IMG/VR virus record: IMGVR_UViG_3300042691_034458
Coordinates: 1-64,000 of that record
Direction: 5' to 3' (one strand)
Origin: an uncultured virus (IMG/VR IMGVR_UViG_3300042691_034458)
Lineage: Duplodnaviria; Heunggongvirae; Uroviricota; Caudoviricetes
DNA: 64,000 nucleotides
The notes beneath the pieces are model-generated. The model was not told where the DNA came from, ran no database searches, and worked only from the letters and a program-made list of their open reading frames with translations. Every line of letters starts with the position of its first letter. Position 1 is the stretch's first letter. Made by a program: the position numbers and the translations under genes. Of the stretch, positions 1 to 9,198 are shown in pieces.

Positions 1-1
1 T

Positions 2-337
2 GTTGGGGGAGATTTGAGTTTAGTAGGAACACCAATTCAATCCTTACCGGATAATCTTCATGTTGGGGGATATTTGGATTTATATGGAACACCAATTCAA
101 TCCTTACCGGATAATCTTCATGTTGGGGGAAGTTTGTATTTAAGAGGAACACCAATTCAATCCTTACCGGATAATCTTCATGTTGAGGGAGATTTGTTTT
201 TAGGTAAAACACCAATTCAATCCTTACCGAATAATCTTGACGTTAAGGGGACAATTTATATTAAAGGAACACCATTAAATGATAATGATGAATTGGTTAA
301 GAAATATGAAGAAAAATATAGAATTATTAGAGTTTAA
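2..337 (+). CDS. 5'-truncated 20-aa leucine-rich-repeat protein (LPDNLHVGGxLxLxGTPIQS family), copy A
   Basis: Frame is open from position 2 (VGGDLSLVGTP...). Four 60-nt repeats plus a C-cap matching that of 47779..48540. The true start lies upstream of the window. Confidence 0.85.
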   Translation, partial: VGGDLSLVGTPIQSLPDNLHVGGYLDLYGTPIQSLPDNLHVGGSLYLRGTPIQSLPDNLHVEGDLFLGKTPIQSLPNNLDVKGTIYIKGTPLNDNDELVKKYEEKYRIIRV

Positions 338-364
338 TAATAAACACATAACACACATAAAAAA

Positions 365-673
365 ATGGGAATATTTGAACTAGTTAATACATTATTTGTA
401 TTATCATCGTTAGTTGTCGTTGCTTCAGAATATGCAAGCAAATATACAAAAGTTAAAGGAACGTTATCACAAATCCAATCTTGGGTAATTTCAATCCTAA
501 TTGGTATTTTTTGTGCATGGTTAAACTTTGGAGTATTCAATGGTGTGGACACCAAAGGGGGCATTCTCTATGGAATATTAATCGGATTAATATCAAATGG
601 AATATTTGACATGTCATTCGTTAAACAAATCTTAACAATGATTGGTGCTAGAGCAAATACTTTAAAGGATTAA
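365..673 (+). CDS. Small membrane protein, putative holin
   Basis: 102 aa with about three hydrophobic segments and a basic C-terminus; converges on a putative cell-wall enzyme. Confidence 0.5.
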   Translation: MGIFELVNTLFVLSSLVVVASEYASKYTKVKGTLSQIQSWVISILIGIFCAWLNFGVFNGVDTKGGILYGILIGLISNGIFDMSFVKQILTMIGARANTLKD

Positions 674-1278
674 ACGATATCTTTACTTTCAATTAAGGTG
701 TAGGTAAATCTATTACCGTGGATATTTCTTGCTTTATTTAAAATTGTCATAAATTCATTAAAGTCTTTGACTCTTTTAAATACAGAACATCCTTCGCTCC
801 AATCGTTTACAAATTGTGATTCAGTTTTTGGATTTGAACGATGTATATTAATACCAAAAACACCCTCATGAATTGTTGCGGGGTCCATATCAAATTTCAT
901 ATCTTTATTTTTATCACGATAAACTTTAACAGGTCTGTCTTGACATAAAGCATCATATTTTCCTTGGTGCTTTCTTATAATATATGCACTTCTATATTGA
1001 CCCGGAACAAGAATTGCAACACCCCTTGTATTACTAAATTCTCTCACAGCTTTTGTTCCCGGATCTGTGGTAATATCCCACTCATGATATTTCCACACAC
1101 CATTTTCTTTATATGTTAATGTTAATTTATCATCAAAAACATTTGTAACTCTTGAACCCGGTCCTGAGTTTCTAATGCTAACAACGTTAACATCAAATCC
1201 TTTATTTGAATCATCATTAAACCAAACATAACCTTTTGATTTAAGAGCGTTTTCTATTTTTTCTTTTGAGTATAACAT
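670..1278 (-). CDS. Putative peptidoglycan-acting cysteine peptidase (YkuD/L,D-transpeptidase-like), possible endolysin
   Basis: GINIHRS...WSEGC His/Ser-x-Gly-Cys motif; ATATTTAT motif upstream on the same strand. Confidence 0.55.
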   Translation of the reverse strand: MLYSKEKIENALKSKGYVWFNDDSNKGFDVNVVSIRNSGPGSRVTNVFDDKLTLTYKENGVWKYHEWDITTDPGTKAVREFSNTRGVAILVPGQYRSAYIIRKHQGKYDALCQDRPVKVYRDKNKDMKFDMDPATIHEGVFGINIHRSNPKTESQFVNDWSEGCSVFKRVKDFNEFMTILNKARNIHGNRFTYTLIESKDIV

Positions 1279-1296
1279 GTGATATATAGTTTAACC

Positions 1297-1304
1297 ATAA
1301 ATAT
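1297..1304 (-). promoter_or_regulatory. ATATTTAT putative late promoter
   Basis: Oriented motif about 18 nt upstream of ATG 1278; recurs before many genes. Confidence 0.65.
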
Positions 1305-1353
1305 TATTGATTTATTTTTTATATAATTTATTTTTTCATAAAAACTTAAACAA

Positions 1354-1596
1354 ATGTCAATATTAAAAGAAGAAATCAAAGGAACGAAGATTTATAATGA
1401 AATTCAATCTTCAAATATTGTGAGAACAGAATATGATACACAAACTGAAATTATGATAGTTGAATTTAAAAATGGTTCTAGGTTTGAGTATGAAAAAGTA
1501 CCCCATAAAATATATTCTCAATTTAGATTAGCTGAATCGCAGGGAAAGTTCTTTTCATCCTCAATATCAAAAGCATATAAGTATAAAAAAATTTAA
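1354..1596 (+). CDS. KTSC-domain protein
   Basis: SSNI..xYD....LxVEFKNG..Y.Y..VP..Y..F..AES.GKFF pattern typical of KTSC. Confidence 0.85.
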   Translation: MSILKEEIKGTKIYNEIQSSNIVRTEYDTQTEIMIVEFKNGSRFEYEKVPHKIYSQFRLAESQGKFFSSSISKAYKYKKI

Positions 1597-1623
1597 TAAA
1601 TTTAAAAACTTATTGGTTACCAT

Positions 1624-1631
1624 ATATTTAT
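1624..1631 (+). promoter_or_regulatory. ATATTTAT putative late promoter
   Basis: 21 nt upstream of ATG 1653. Confidence 0.65.
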
Positions 1632-1652
1632 GGTTAAAGCTTTTTTAAATAT

Positions 1653-3644
1653 ATGAGTGAAGAATCGAAAATAATTTCATCGTTTTCATTACAAGAAACA
1701 TTAAATCCGAAAATTTGGGATAATTATAAAAATCCTGAAAAAGCTTCGCTTAAACCAGAAATAAGAAAGAAACTTCTTGAGATTGCTCATGAGTTTATGG
1801 ATTTTATTGATATTGAGTTTTTTGTTGATGATATTATTTTTACCGGTTCTCTTTCAAATTTTAATTGGTCAGATTTTTCTGACGTTGATTTACATCTTGA
1901 AGTTGATTTTACCCAGTTTGATACTGATTCAGTTGAGTTATATCGTGAACTGTTTAATTTAAAAAAACTCTTATTTAATACCAATCATGATATTACCATA
2001 AAGGGGTTTGAGGTTGAGCTTTATGTTCAAGATATTATTGAACCCCACACAAGTGGTGGGATTTATTCGGTTCTTTTTGATGAATGGACGGTTGTACCAC
2101 AAAAAAAAGATGTTAAAATAGATAGGAATCTTTTAAAGAAAAAAATTAAAACGTGGACCAATAAAATTGATGAAATTACCGAACAAGTTAAAAATGGTGA
2201 TTATGACGAATCAATTTTATTAATTAAAGAATTAAGAGATAAGATTAAAAAATATAGAAAAGCTGGTCTTGAAAAGAATGGTGAATTTTCATATGAGAAT
2301 TTGGTATTCAAATACTTAAGAAGGGGTAAATATATTGAAAGATTAATAGACTTATCCAATCAATTAAAAGATAAAAAGCTGTCTTTAGAATCGTTAAATG
2401 AAGCTAAATTAATTGGTGGTGATTTTAAATGGGGTGGTGGACCAAAAGAACACGGTAAAAGAGCATTCGGTAATTGGCAATCTGATAACGCTTATGATTT
2501 AATGGCTCCGGTAGGTACGCCCGTTTATTCATTAACTGATGGGACAATCACAAAAACATATTTCACTGAAGGAGGTGAAAGTGGAAAACAAACTAAAATC
2601 TATGGTTGGCAAGTAACTATAAAAGGTGATGATAATAATTTTTTTTATACCCATTTAGGTGAAATAAATCCAAACATAAAGGTTGGTAATAGAATTTCTA
2701 AAGGTGATTTAATTGGTACAATTGGCGCACCTACAAGTGGTAGAAAATGGTATCCACATTTACACATTGCGGTTCAAAATGGTGATTTAAAATCATACAT
2801 AAATGATACGGCAATTATAAAAAAAGAAGAAAGTATTTTTGATAAGATTTTAAAGTTTTTAGGTCTTGAAGGATTAATAACATCAGAAGAAACAAATTTT
2901 GTTAAAGAGTTAGAAAGTTTAATACAGTCAAATACTGAGTTAAAATGGGAAAAAAATAAAAAGATAGAATATAATGATAATACTAAAACACTGCAAAGCA
3001 TTCTACAATTATTAGGATATTCTTTACCCAAATGGGGTGTTGATGGAAAGTTTGGTCCTGAAACAAATACGGCTGTTATTAATTTCCAAAAAGAAAATAA
3101 TTTAACACCAAATGGTGTTGTTGATAACATCACACTTAAAGTAATTCTTAAAGAATTATCAAAAATTGATTTGAATCAAGATAAAATTAGTGGAATTCAA
3201 AAAAATAAAGAAAATCTAAAAATAAACCCAACAAGTAATAAAAATAAAATTTTAAAGTTTTTAACCGATAAGGGATTAACAATAGAACAAGCATCTGGAG
3301 TAGCTGGTAATTTACAAGCAGAATCTAATTTTAATCCGAGTGCTGTTGGCGATAATGGAACATCTTTAGGTATTGCTCAATGGCATAAAAGTAGAAAAGA
3401 TAATTTAATTAATTTTTGTAATTCAAAAAAACAAAATTCAGAATCACTTGATTGTCAATTAGATTTCTTGTGGAGTGAGTTAAATACAAAATATTCAAAT
3501 GTTTTATCCTCTATTAAGGCAAGTAACTCTGCTGGTGATGTAGCTGAAATTTTTGCATCAAAATACGAAAAACCAAGTAGTACAGATTATAGTAAAAGAA
3601 TAAATTTTGCAGAAAAAATATATAGTGATACAACAATTTCTTAA
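1653..3644 (+). CDS. Multidomain protein: pol-beta-type nucleotidyltransferase + M23 peptidase + PG-binding domain + phage tail lysozyme
   Basis: TGS...SDVDLH (NTase); AYDLMAPVGTPVY...YTHL...PHLH (M23); LQLLGY...GVDGKFGPET..AV..FQ..NL..G.V (PG_binding_1); GVAGNLQAES.FNP.A...GIAQW (Phage_lysozyme2-like). Confidence 0.8.
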   Translation: MSEESKIISSFSLQETLNPKIWDNYKNPEKASLKPEIRKKLLEIAHEFMDFIDIEFFVDDIIFTGSLSNFNWSDFSDVDLHLEVDFTQFDTDSVELYRELFNLKKLLFNTNHDITIKGFEVELYVQDIIEPHTSGGIYSVLFDEWTVVPQKKDVKIDRNLLKKKIKTWTNKIDEITEQVKNGDYDESILLIKELRDKIKKYRKAGLEKNGEFSYENLVFKYLRRGKYIERLIDLSNQLKDKKLSLESLNEAKLIGGDFKWGGGPKEHGKRAFGNWQSDNAYDLMAPVGTPVYSLTDGTITKTYFTEGGESGKQTKIYGWQVTIKGDDNNFFYTHLGEINPNIKVGNRISKGDLIGTIGAPTSGRKWYPHLHIAVQNGDLKSYINDTAIIKKEESIFDKILKFLGLEGLITSEETNFVKELESLIQSNTELKWEKNKKIEYNDNTKTLQSILQLLGYSLPKWGVDGKFGPETNTAVINFQKENNLTPNGVVDNITLKVILKELSKIDLNQDKISGIQKNKENLKINPTSNKNKILKFLTDKGLTIEQASGVAGNLQAESNFNPSAVGDNGTSLGIAQWHKSRKDNLINFCNSKKQNSESLDCQLDFLWSELNTKYSNVLSSIKASNSAGDVAEIFASKYEKPSSTDYSKRINFAEKIYSDTTIS

Positions 3645-3686
3645 TTTTTTTAAAATCAACTATATTTATATATAAAAAATAATAAA

Positions 3687-3860
3687 ATGCCAGAAACAGT
3701 ATCAGCGGGAACTTATAACTATGTAATACAAGATTGCGCTTGTACGGGTAATACTCAGTTTTATTCACCACATCCTGAATATGTTAACCCAAAGAATGGT
3801 GATACCGTTGTTCAAATCTCTTCCATTGAGCTTGGTGGGTTCAATGGATTAAATAATTAA
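3687..3860 (+). CDS. Small 57-aa protein not in the ORF track (MPETVSAGTYNYVIQDCACTG...GGFNGLNN)
   Basis: ATG 3687 to TAA 3860, A-rich leader, ATATTTAT at 3662-3669; fills the gap between two genes. Confidence 0.7.
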   Translation: MPETVSAGTYNYVIQDCACTGNTQFYSPHPEYVNPKNGDTVVQISSIELGGFNGLNN

Positions 3861-3872
3861 AAATATAAAAAA

Positions 3873-5060
3873 ATGGGAACATTAAAACCAGTAGGTAGTG
3901 AAAAATTACAGGGGGCGGATAAAATCGCTCGTATTATGGAAATTGCCAGATATAAAGAAGCTTTACCTAATCAAGAAAAAAATTTACAAACAGAATCATT
4001 TTCAGTTCAGTTAGCTGATGGTAATACCTATAGAATTTTATACGAGAAGAACGGCTATATTATTCAGAAATCTGTAAATGAATCATTTGATTATATTGAA
4101 CCGATGAAGAATAGAAAATATTATTCATCATATTCTGACGCATTTAAAAGAGTAAATTTGATTGCTAAGGAATTAAATACTTTGTATGAAAATAAAGACG
4201 GTGTTTCATTATTTGGTGAACAAAAAAAGTTCGTTTTAAAGGCTCCAACACCTCCCGCACCAGAAATGGCTCCCGAAATTAGTGCTCCAGCACCTAATTC
4301 CGGAATACCAGAAACACCTGCGGTTGATGATATTTCTTTAGATATTGAAACACCTTCTACTGATTTAGCGGAACCAATGACCGGTGAAGTTCCTTCAGAA
4401 ACAGGTGAAGTATCGTTTAAACAAATACAAAAATTAACCGGAAAACTTGCTCAAAAATTAAGAGAATTTAAAGTTTCTGGTGAAATGTCATCAAAAGATA
4501 TAAAATACGTTGTTAATTCAATATTATCTGCTTTGGATTTAACATCGCTTGAGGAGGAAGATAAAGAAGAAATTTTATCAAGATTTGATAGTGAAGATAT
4601 GGATATTGACATAGAAACTGACATGAGTGCTGAAGCTGGTCTTGAAACACCGGAAGAGGAAATTCCTATGGGTGAAGGTTGGGATGTTGAGGAATCATAT
4701 GAGGAGGTTGAGGAGGAAGAATCACCTGAAAATAAATTCACAAAAGATATTATGGATTCAATTTTTTCAGAATCAAAAGTTGAATCTACATTAACAAAGT
4801 ATTTTGAAAAAACAAAATCAGAAATTTTAAGTGAACAGAAAAAATATAATCAATTTAAGGAAAGTTTAAAAACTAAAATTAAACAAGAATTAAGTGAAAT
4901 TAAAAAATTAGCTGAGAATACTAATCAAGAAAAAAATGCTAAAACTTTCTTACGTGAGAACCCTACTTTTAACTTTGTTGGAAAAACTAATAAGAAAAGT
5001 TTAGTGTTTGAAAATAAAGGCGAACAAATAAGAATCACAAAGGAAGGTAATGTATTATGA
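3873..5060 (+). CDS. Acidic head-module protein of unknown function
   Basis: 395 aa ORF with Pro/Glu-rich linkers, in the operon leading to terminase. Confidence 0.75.
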   Translation: MGTLKPVGSEKLQGADKIARIMEIARYKEALPNQEKNLQTESFSVQLADGNTYRILYEKNGYIIQKSVNESFDYIEPMKNRKYYSSYSDAFKRVNLIAKELNTLYENKDGVSLFGEQKKFVLKAPTPPAPEMAPEISAPAPNSGIPETPAVDDISLDIETPSTDLAEPMTGEVPSETGEVSFKQIQKLTGKLAQKLREFKVSGEMSSKDIKYVVNSILSALDLTSLEEEDKEEILSRFDSEDMDIDIETDMSAEAGLETPEEEIPMGEGWDVEESYEEVEEEESPENKFTKDIMDSIFSESKVESTLTKYFEKTKSEILSEQKKYNQFKESLKTKIKQELSEIKKLAENTNQEKNAKTFLRENPTFNFVGKTNKKSLVFENKGEQIRITKEGNVL

Positions 5061-5458
5061 GTCATCTAGTATATGTGAACGGGTTAGGACCAAATTATAA
5101 AGGTGAACATATATATGAATTTATTTTTTCAGAATCTGATGAAATTAGTGGTGATTATTGGGACGCAAAACCATCGCATGGTCAACCAAAACCTCCAGAT
5201 TTGGAGTATGTAAAAAAAGTTGGTATACTTAGAAATAGTGGTGTTATTTTTGACTTAATACAGAACTCTGACGTTTTTGGAATGGAAGACGCTGTAGATG
5301 GTATTATAGCATTAGCTTGGGAAAACGACGAAACTAAAACTAATTTTAAAAAATTGGTATTCTTATTTGGTGAAGAAGAAAAAATTATAAAAGATAAACT
5401 ATATTCAAGAGATTTAATTCTTGAATTTGAAAAAGAAATGAGTTATGAAATCGATTAA
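5057..5458 (+). CDS. Hypothetical protein
   Basis: ATGA overlap with the upstream gene. Confidence 0.75.
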   Translation: MSHLVYVNGLGPNYKGEHIYEFIFSESDEISGDYWDAKPSHGQPKPPDLEYVKKVGILRNSGVIFDLIQNSDVFGMEDAVDGIIALAWENDETKTNFKKLVFLFGEEEKIIKDKLYSRDLILEFEKEMSYEID

Positions 5459-6143
5459 AGAAAAATACAACGAATTAATTCAAAAAGGTTTTTCCAAAAA
5501 AACCCTTTATTCTTTAAATGAGACTGAACTTTCAGATCTTCATAAGCTAATTACTGAACAAGTAAAACAAACAACTAAACAAGTTACAACCACAACAATT
5601 CCCTCGTCTGTTGCAAAATCAACCGGTGCTAATGTTGGTAATGTCGATATAAAACAGGACGCTTCCGGAAATATTGTTGCAACAAAAATGGAGGGTGAAA
5701 TGAAAGAAGGTGGAAAGAAAAAAGTAAATCCTTGGGCGGTTTGTACTTCAAATATGGGTAAAAAGTTTGGTACAACTGAAAGAAGTGAGTGGAATAAAGA
5801 ACAAATGGATGAATATGAGCGTTGTATTATGGATGTTAAAAAATCCGCAAAAAAATATAAGAAAAAAATTGATGAAGAATTGGAAAAACAACTTGTAAAG
5901 TTAGTTGAAAAGCATATCTCACCAAGAATGACTAAGGGTGATTTACTTAATTTAATTGAGCAAGGAACAAAAGAAGCGCCAACAAAACCTAAAGAAAAGG
6001 AAAAGGAGCGTACAAAACCTTGGCATCCCGGAAGAGATCCCCGTCCCGGTGTTGAACCAGCACCGAAAGCTAAAAAATCGGATGAGAAGAAAAAAGAGGA
6101 TATTATGAAAATAATTGCAAAAATATTAAACAATAATGAGTAA
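5445..6143 (+). CDS. Basic hypothetical protein, possible internal head protein
   Basis: Overlapping operon gene with several (I/L)-x-E motifs (LITE|Q, LIE|Q) and a Lys/Pro-rich tail. Confidence 0.7.
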   Translation: MKSIKEKYNELIQKGFSKKTLYSLNETELSDLHKLITEQVKQTTKQVTTTTIPSSVAKSTGANVGNVDIKQDASGNIVATKMEGEMKEGGKKKVNPWAVCTSNMGKKFGTTERSEWNKEQMDEYERCIMDVKKSAKKYKKKIDEELEKQLVKLVEKHISPRMTKGDLLNLIEQGTKEAPTKPKEKEKERTKPWHPGRDPRPGVEPAPKAKKSDEKKKEDIMKIIAKILNNNE

Positions 6144-7380
6144 AAAATTTAAATTATCTGAAGCTCCGGTTGATTATGGTGATTATCCGGAAAGAATGGA
6201 CCCAGAAACTGAAAGAAAAGTTTCAAGTCCCGAAAATCCATTTGCAAAAGCATTAAGAGGTGGTGTTTCTGATGTTGAAAAATTAATCGGTTCTCGATTT
6301 AAAAAAGTCGTTGATAAACTCAAAGCTGCGACTGGAATTGAGGATTTGAGCAATCATGAGGTTACTAGTAGCTTGGTCAAAGATTTGTTTAATAATATAA
6401 ATAGCGTTGTTCAAATTGAATCGAGATATAAAGAAGAGTTAACAGAATTAGCGATTAAATTAGCGATAGACGCTGCTGATGCTGAAGAAGATTGGTATGA
6501 GATTGAGGCTCGTCTTAATCCGATTGGGATTGATACTTCAAAGTTTAGATTGAAAAAAGAAGCGCCGCCCAAATTTCAACCCTCAACTTCATTTGAAATG
6601 GATACTTTAACAGATGAGGAAAAATTTGAATTAGAAAAGGCAAAAAGAAATATAATTAATGCTATTGTACAAGGCTCATCAAAAAAAGGACATTATATTT
6701 TTCAATTACCAGAAGTTAAAGAAAAGTTAGATGAAATTAATCCTTCGTTATATGATTTTTACTCTAAAATAATGGCGGTTAATGATATTATGTATTTTAC
6801 TATGGATAAGCTTATTGAAGCTGCGAGTAAAACTGGTCGGGGTGTTGCTGGTAAAGTACAAACAATGAGTAATGATGATGAAGACGATGAAAATGCACCA
6901 GACATAAAAATTGTTGCTGAAGGATTAATGTTTCCGATATTAGTTCATGAAATAATAAAAGGTATTGAGGAAGCAAAAGCTAAATATGGTTTACCCGAAG
7001 ACCCTGAAATGGCGATGAAAGTTATGGGTCAAACAGATGTTCTTTCTCAGGAACCCATGCAATTAAGAATTGGACCTGAATTAGTGGAGAAAATAAAGTT
7101 TGCGTTACCCGCAGAAATTTTTGAACCCGAAAATAAAGGTTTAATTAGCTTTTTCCAAACTGAACTTTATTCTTTACCAGCTAAAGAATTCTTAGATGTT
7201 ATTAGTGATATTGTTTCTGAAAATGATGCTGAGAATAGAAACGGAATAAAAAAATTCAATGATTTATTGAAAATTGCAAAAAACAAAAAAAACCAATACG
7301 ACAAATCAAAAAAATCAACTGATTCGGGTGATGATGAGGATGAGGAATTTGGTTCATTTTTAAAGGACTTAGGTTTATAA
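6136..7380 (+). CDS. Hypothetical protein upstream of terminase
   Basis: 414 aa ORF coupled to the upstream gene. Confidence 0.75.
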   Translation: MSKKFKLSEAPVDYGDYPERMDPETERKVSSPENPFAKALRGGVSDVEKLIGSRFKKVVDKLKAATGIEDLSNHEVTSSLVKDLFNNINSVVQIESRYKEELTELAIKLAIDAADAEEDWYEIEARLNPIGIDTSKFRLKKEAPPKFQPSTSFEMDTLTDEEKFELEKAKRNIINAIVQGSSKKGHYIFQLPEVKEKLDEINPSLYDFYSKIMAVNDIMYFTMDKLIEAASKTGRGVAGKVQTMSNDDEDDENAPDIKIVAEGLMFPILVHEIIKGIEEAKAKYGLPEDPEMAMKVMGQTDVLSQEPMQLRIGPELVEKIKFALPAEIFEPENKGLISFFQTELYSLPAKEFLDVISDIVSENDAENRNGIKKFNDLLKIAKNKKNQYDKSKKSTDSGDDEDEEFGSFLKDLGL

Positions 7381-7416
7381 AATCACTCTATTAGTTATTC
7401 TAATAGATAATATATA

Positions 7417-9186
7417 ATGCAAGGATTAACAAAAGAGCAATTAGCGTTAGAGTATGTTAGGTGTTTAAAAAGCACACCATATGCACTTAAAACGTATTTA
7501 CAAACATATGATAACACGGTACAAAAATATGTCCCTCTTGAGCTATTCAAAGACCAGCAACAACTAATCAACGATTATGATACGTTTGAAGAAAACATTG
7601 CGTTAAAATATCGTCAAGCTGGCGTATCAACAGCTACAGCGGGTTGGGCTTCAAAAATACTTGCTTTTGCGAAAAAAGAAAAACCTGAAAAAATTCTAAT
7701 TATTGCAAACAAATTGGATACCGCCGTTGAGATGGCGAATAAGATTAGAAGTTTTATTGACCAGTGGCCTAAATGGGTTGGTATTGAGTTTTCAGATGAA
7801 AAGAACGCTGCTAGACATTTTAAATTAAATAATGATAGTGAGGTTAAAGCTGTTGCCACTTCTAAAGATGCTCTTAGAGGTTATACACCAACAATTCTTA
7901 TTTTTGATGAGGCAGCTTATATTGAAGCTGATGATGATTTCTGGGCTGCTTGTATGGCATCTCTTTCCACCGGTGGTAAAGTCATTGTAATATCAACACC
8001 AAACGGATTTGATCCAATTTATTATGAAATTTATGACCAATCAATTCGTAATATGAATAACTTCAAAATTACAGAAATGTATTGGTATAGAGATCCCAGA
8101 TATACAAAAGATTTATATCTAGTTAAAACAAATGATATCGTGGATTATCTTTTAAATAGAGAAGAAAGAAAAGATTTAGAAATTATTGATTTTTCACATA
8201 TAAGTCCACATGAAAGAGATTTTAATATAATCAAGGATTATATTGGTCAAGGGTTCAAACCATGCTCAACATGGTTTGAAAATATGGTTAAAAAATTAAA
8301 ATATGATAGAAGAAAAGTTGCACAAGAACTAGATTGTCAGTTTTTAGGTTCAGGTGACAACGTTGTAGATTCAACAATTCTTGAAGATATTAGAGAAAAT
8401 CAAGTTTGTGAGCCAAAATATAAAACAATGGGAGGTTCTTTATGGGTTTGGAAAGAACCCGAACTTGGTCATAAGTACGTTTGTGGCTTGGATGTCTCAA
8501 GAGGAGACAGTGATGATTTTTCAGCTTTTCAGATAATTGATTTTGAAACCAGAGAACAAGTTGCGGAATATCTTGGTAAAGTACCACCAGATGTGATGGC
8601 GGAAATAGCGTATAAGTGGGGAACAACATATAACGCTTATATTGTTATTGATATTACCGGTGGTATGGGGGTTTCTACTGCTAGAAAATTACAAGAATTA
8701 AATTATAAAAATTTATATATCGATGGGCTTGAGCTTGGTAATAAATGGAAATATGATGCAAAAGCACTTGATAAAATTCCCGGTATTAATTTCAATAATA
8801 AAAGAGTTCAGATTATTTCTTCATTTGAGGAGGCTTTAAGACATAAATTTAAAGTTTATAGTAGTAGATTATTAAATGAGTTAAATTCATTTGTTTATAT
8901 TAATGGTAGACCTGATCACCAAAAGGGTCGTCATGATGATTTAATCATGTCAATTGCTATGGCAATTTATGTTTCCGAATTTTCTTTCACACAATTAGAA
9001 AAAGTTACGGAACATACGAAAGTTATGATTGAATCATGGCAAGTTAATACATATGAACCAAAACAAACTTCACAATTCTTTAATCCAAGCGTATCTTTTA
9101 CTGATGATAAAAGTATATATAGAAATAACCCAACAAGAAAAGACTATGAACAACATTCTTGGTTATTTGGTGGGATAAGAAGGTAA
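7417..9186 (+). CDS. terL: Terminase large subunit (T4 gp17-like)
   Basis: LKYRQAGVST Walker A variant, ILIFDEAA Walker B, ISTPNG, nuclease GLDVSRG..DFS and HDDL.MS motifs; followed by portal. Confidence 0.95.
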   Translation: MQGLTKEQLALEYVRCLKSTPYALKTYLQTYDNTVQKYVPLELFKDQQQLINDYDTFEENIALKYRQAGVSTATAGWASKILAFAKKEKPEKILIIANKLDTAVEMANKIRSFIDQWPKWVGIEFSDEKNAARHFKLNNDSEVKAVATSKDALRGYTPTILIFDEAAYIEADDDFWAACMASLSTGGKVIVISTPNGFDPIYYEIYDQSIRNMNNFKITEMYWYRDPRYTKDLYLVKTNDIVDYLLNREERKDLEIIDFSHISPHERDFNIIKDYIGQGFKPCSTWFENMVKKLKYDRRKVAQELDCQFLGSGDNVVDSTILEDIRENQVCEPKYKTMGGSLWVWKEPELGHKYVCGLDVSRGDSDDFSAFQIIDFETREQVAEYLGKVPPDVMAEIAYKWGTTYNAYIVIDITGGMGVSTARKLQELNYKNLYIDGLELGNKWKYDAKALDKIPGINFNNKRVQIISSFEEALRHKFKVYSSRLLNELNSFVYINGRPDHQKGRHDDLIMSIAMAIYVSEFSFTQLEKVTEHTKVMIESWQVNTYEPKQTSQFFNPSVSFTDDKSIYRNNPTRKDYEQHSWLFGGIRR

Positions 9187-9198
9187 AAAAGATATAAA

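Noticed and set aside
1..290. CRISPR array (constant repeat plus variable segment, also at 47962-48480)
   Set aside because: Exact 60-nt in-frame period, and the variable part is only 15 nt with fixed Leu codons. It is a coding LRR, and no cas genes are seen.
6136..7380. Terminase small subunit call from position alone
   Set aside because: No recognisable motif and atypically long; left as hypothetical.
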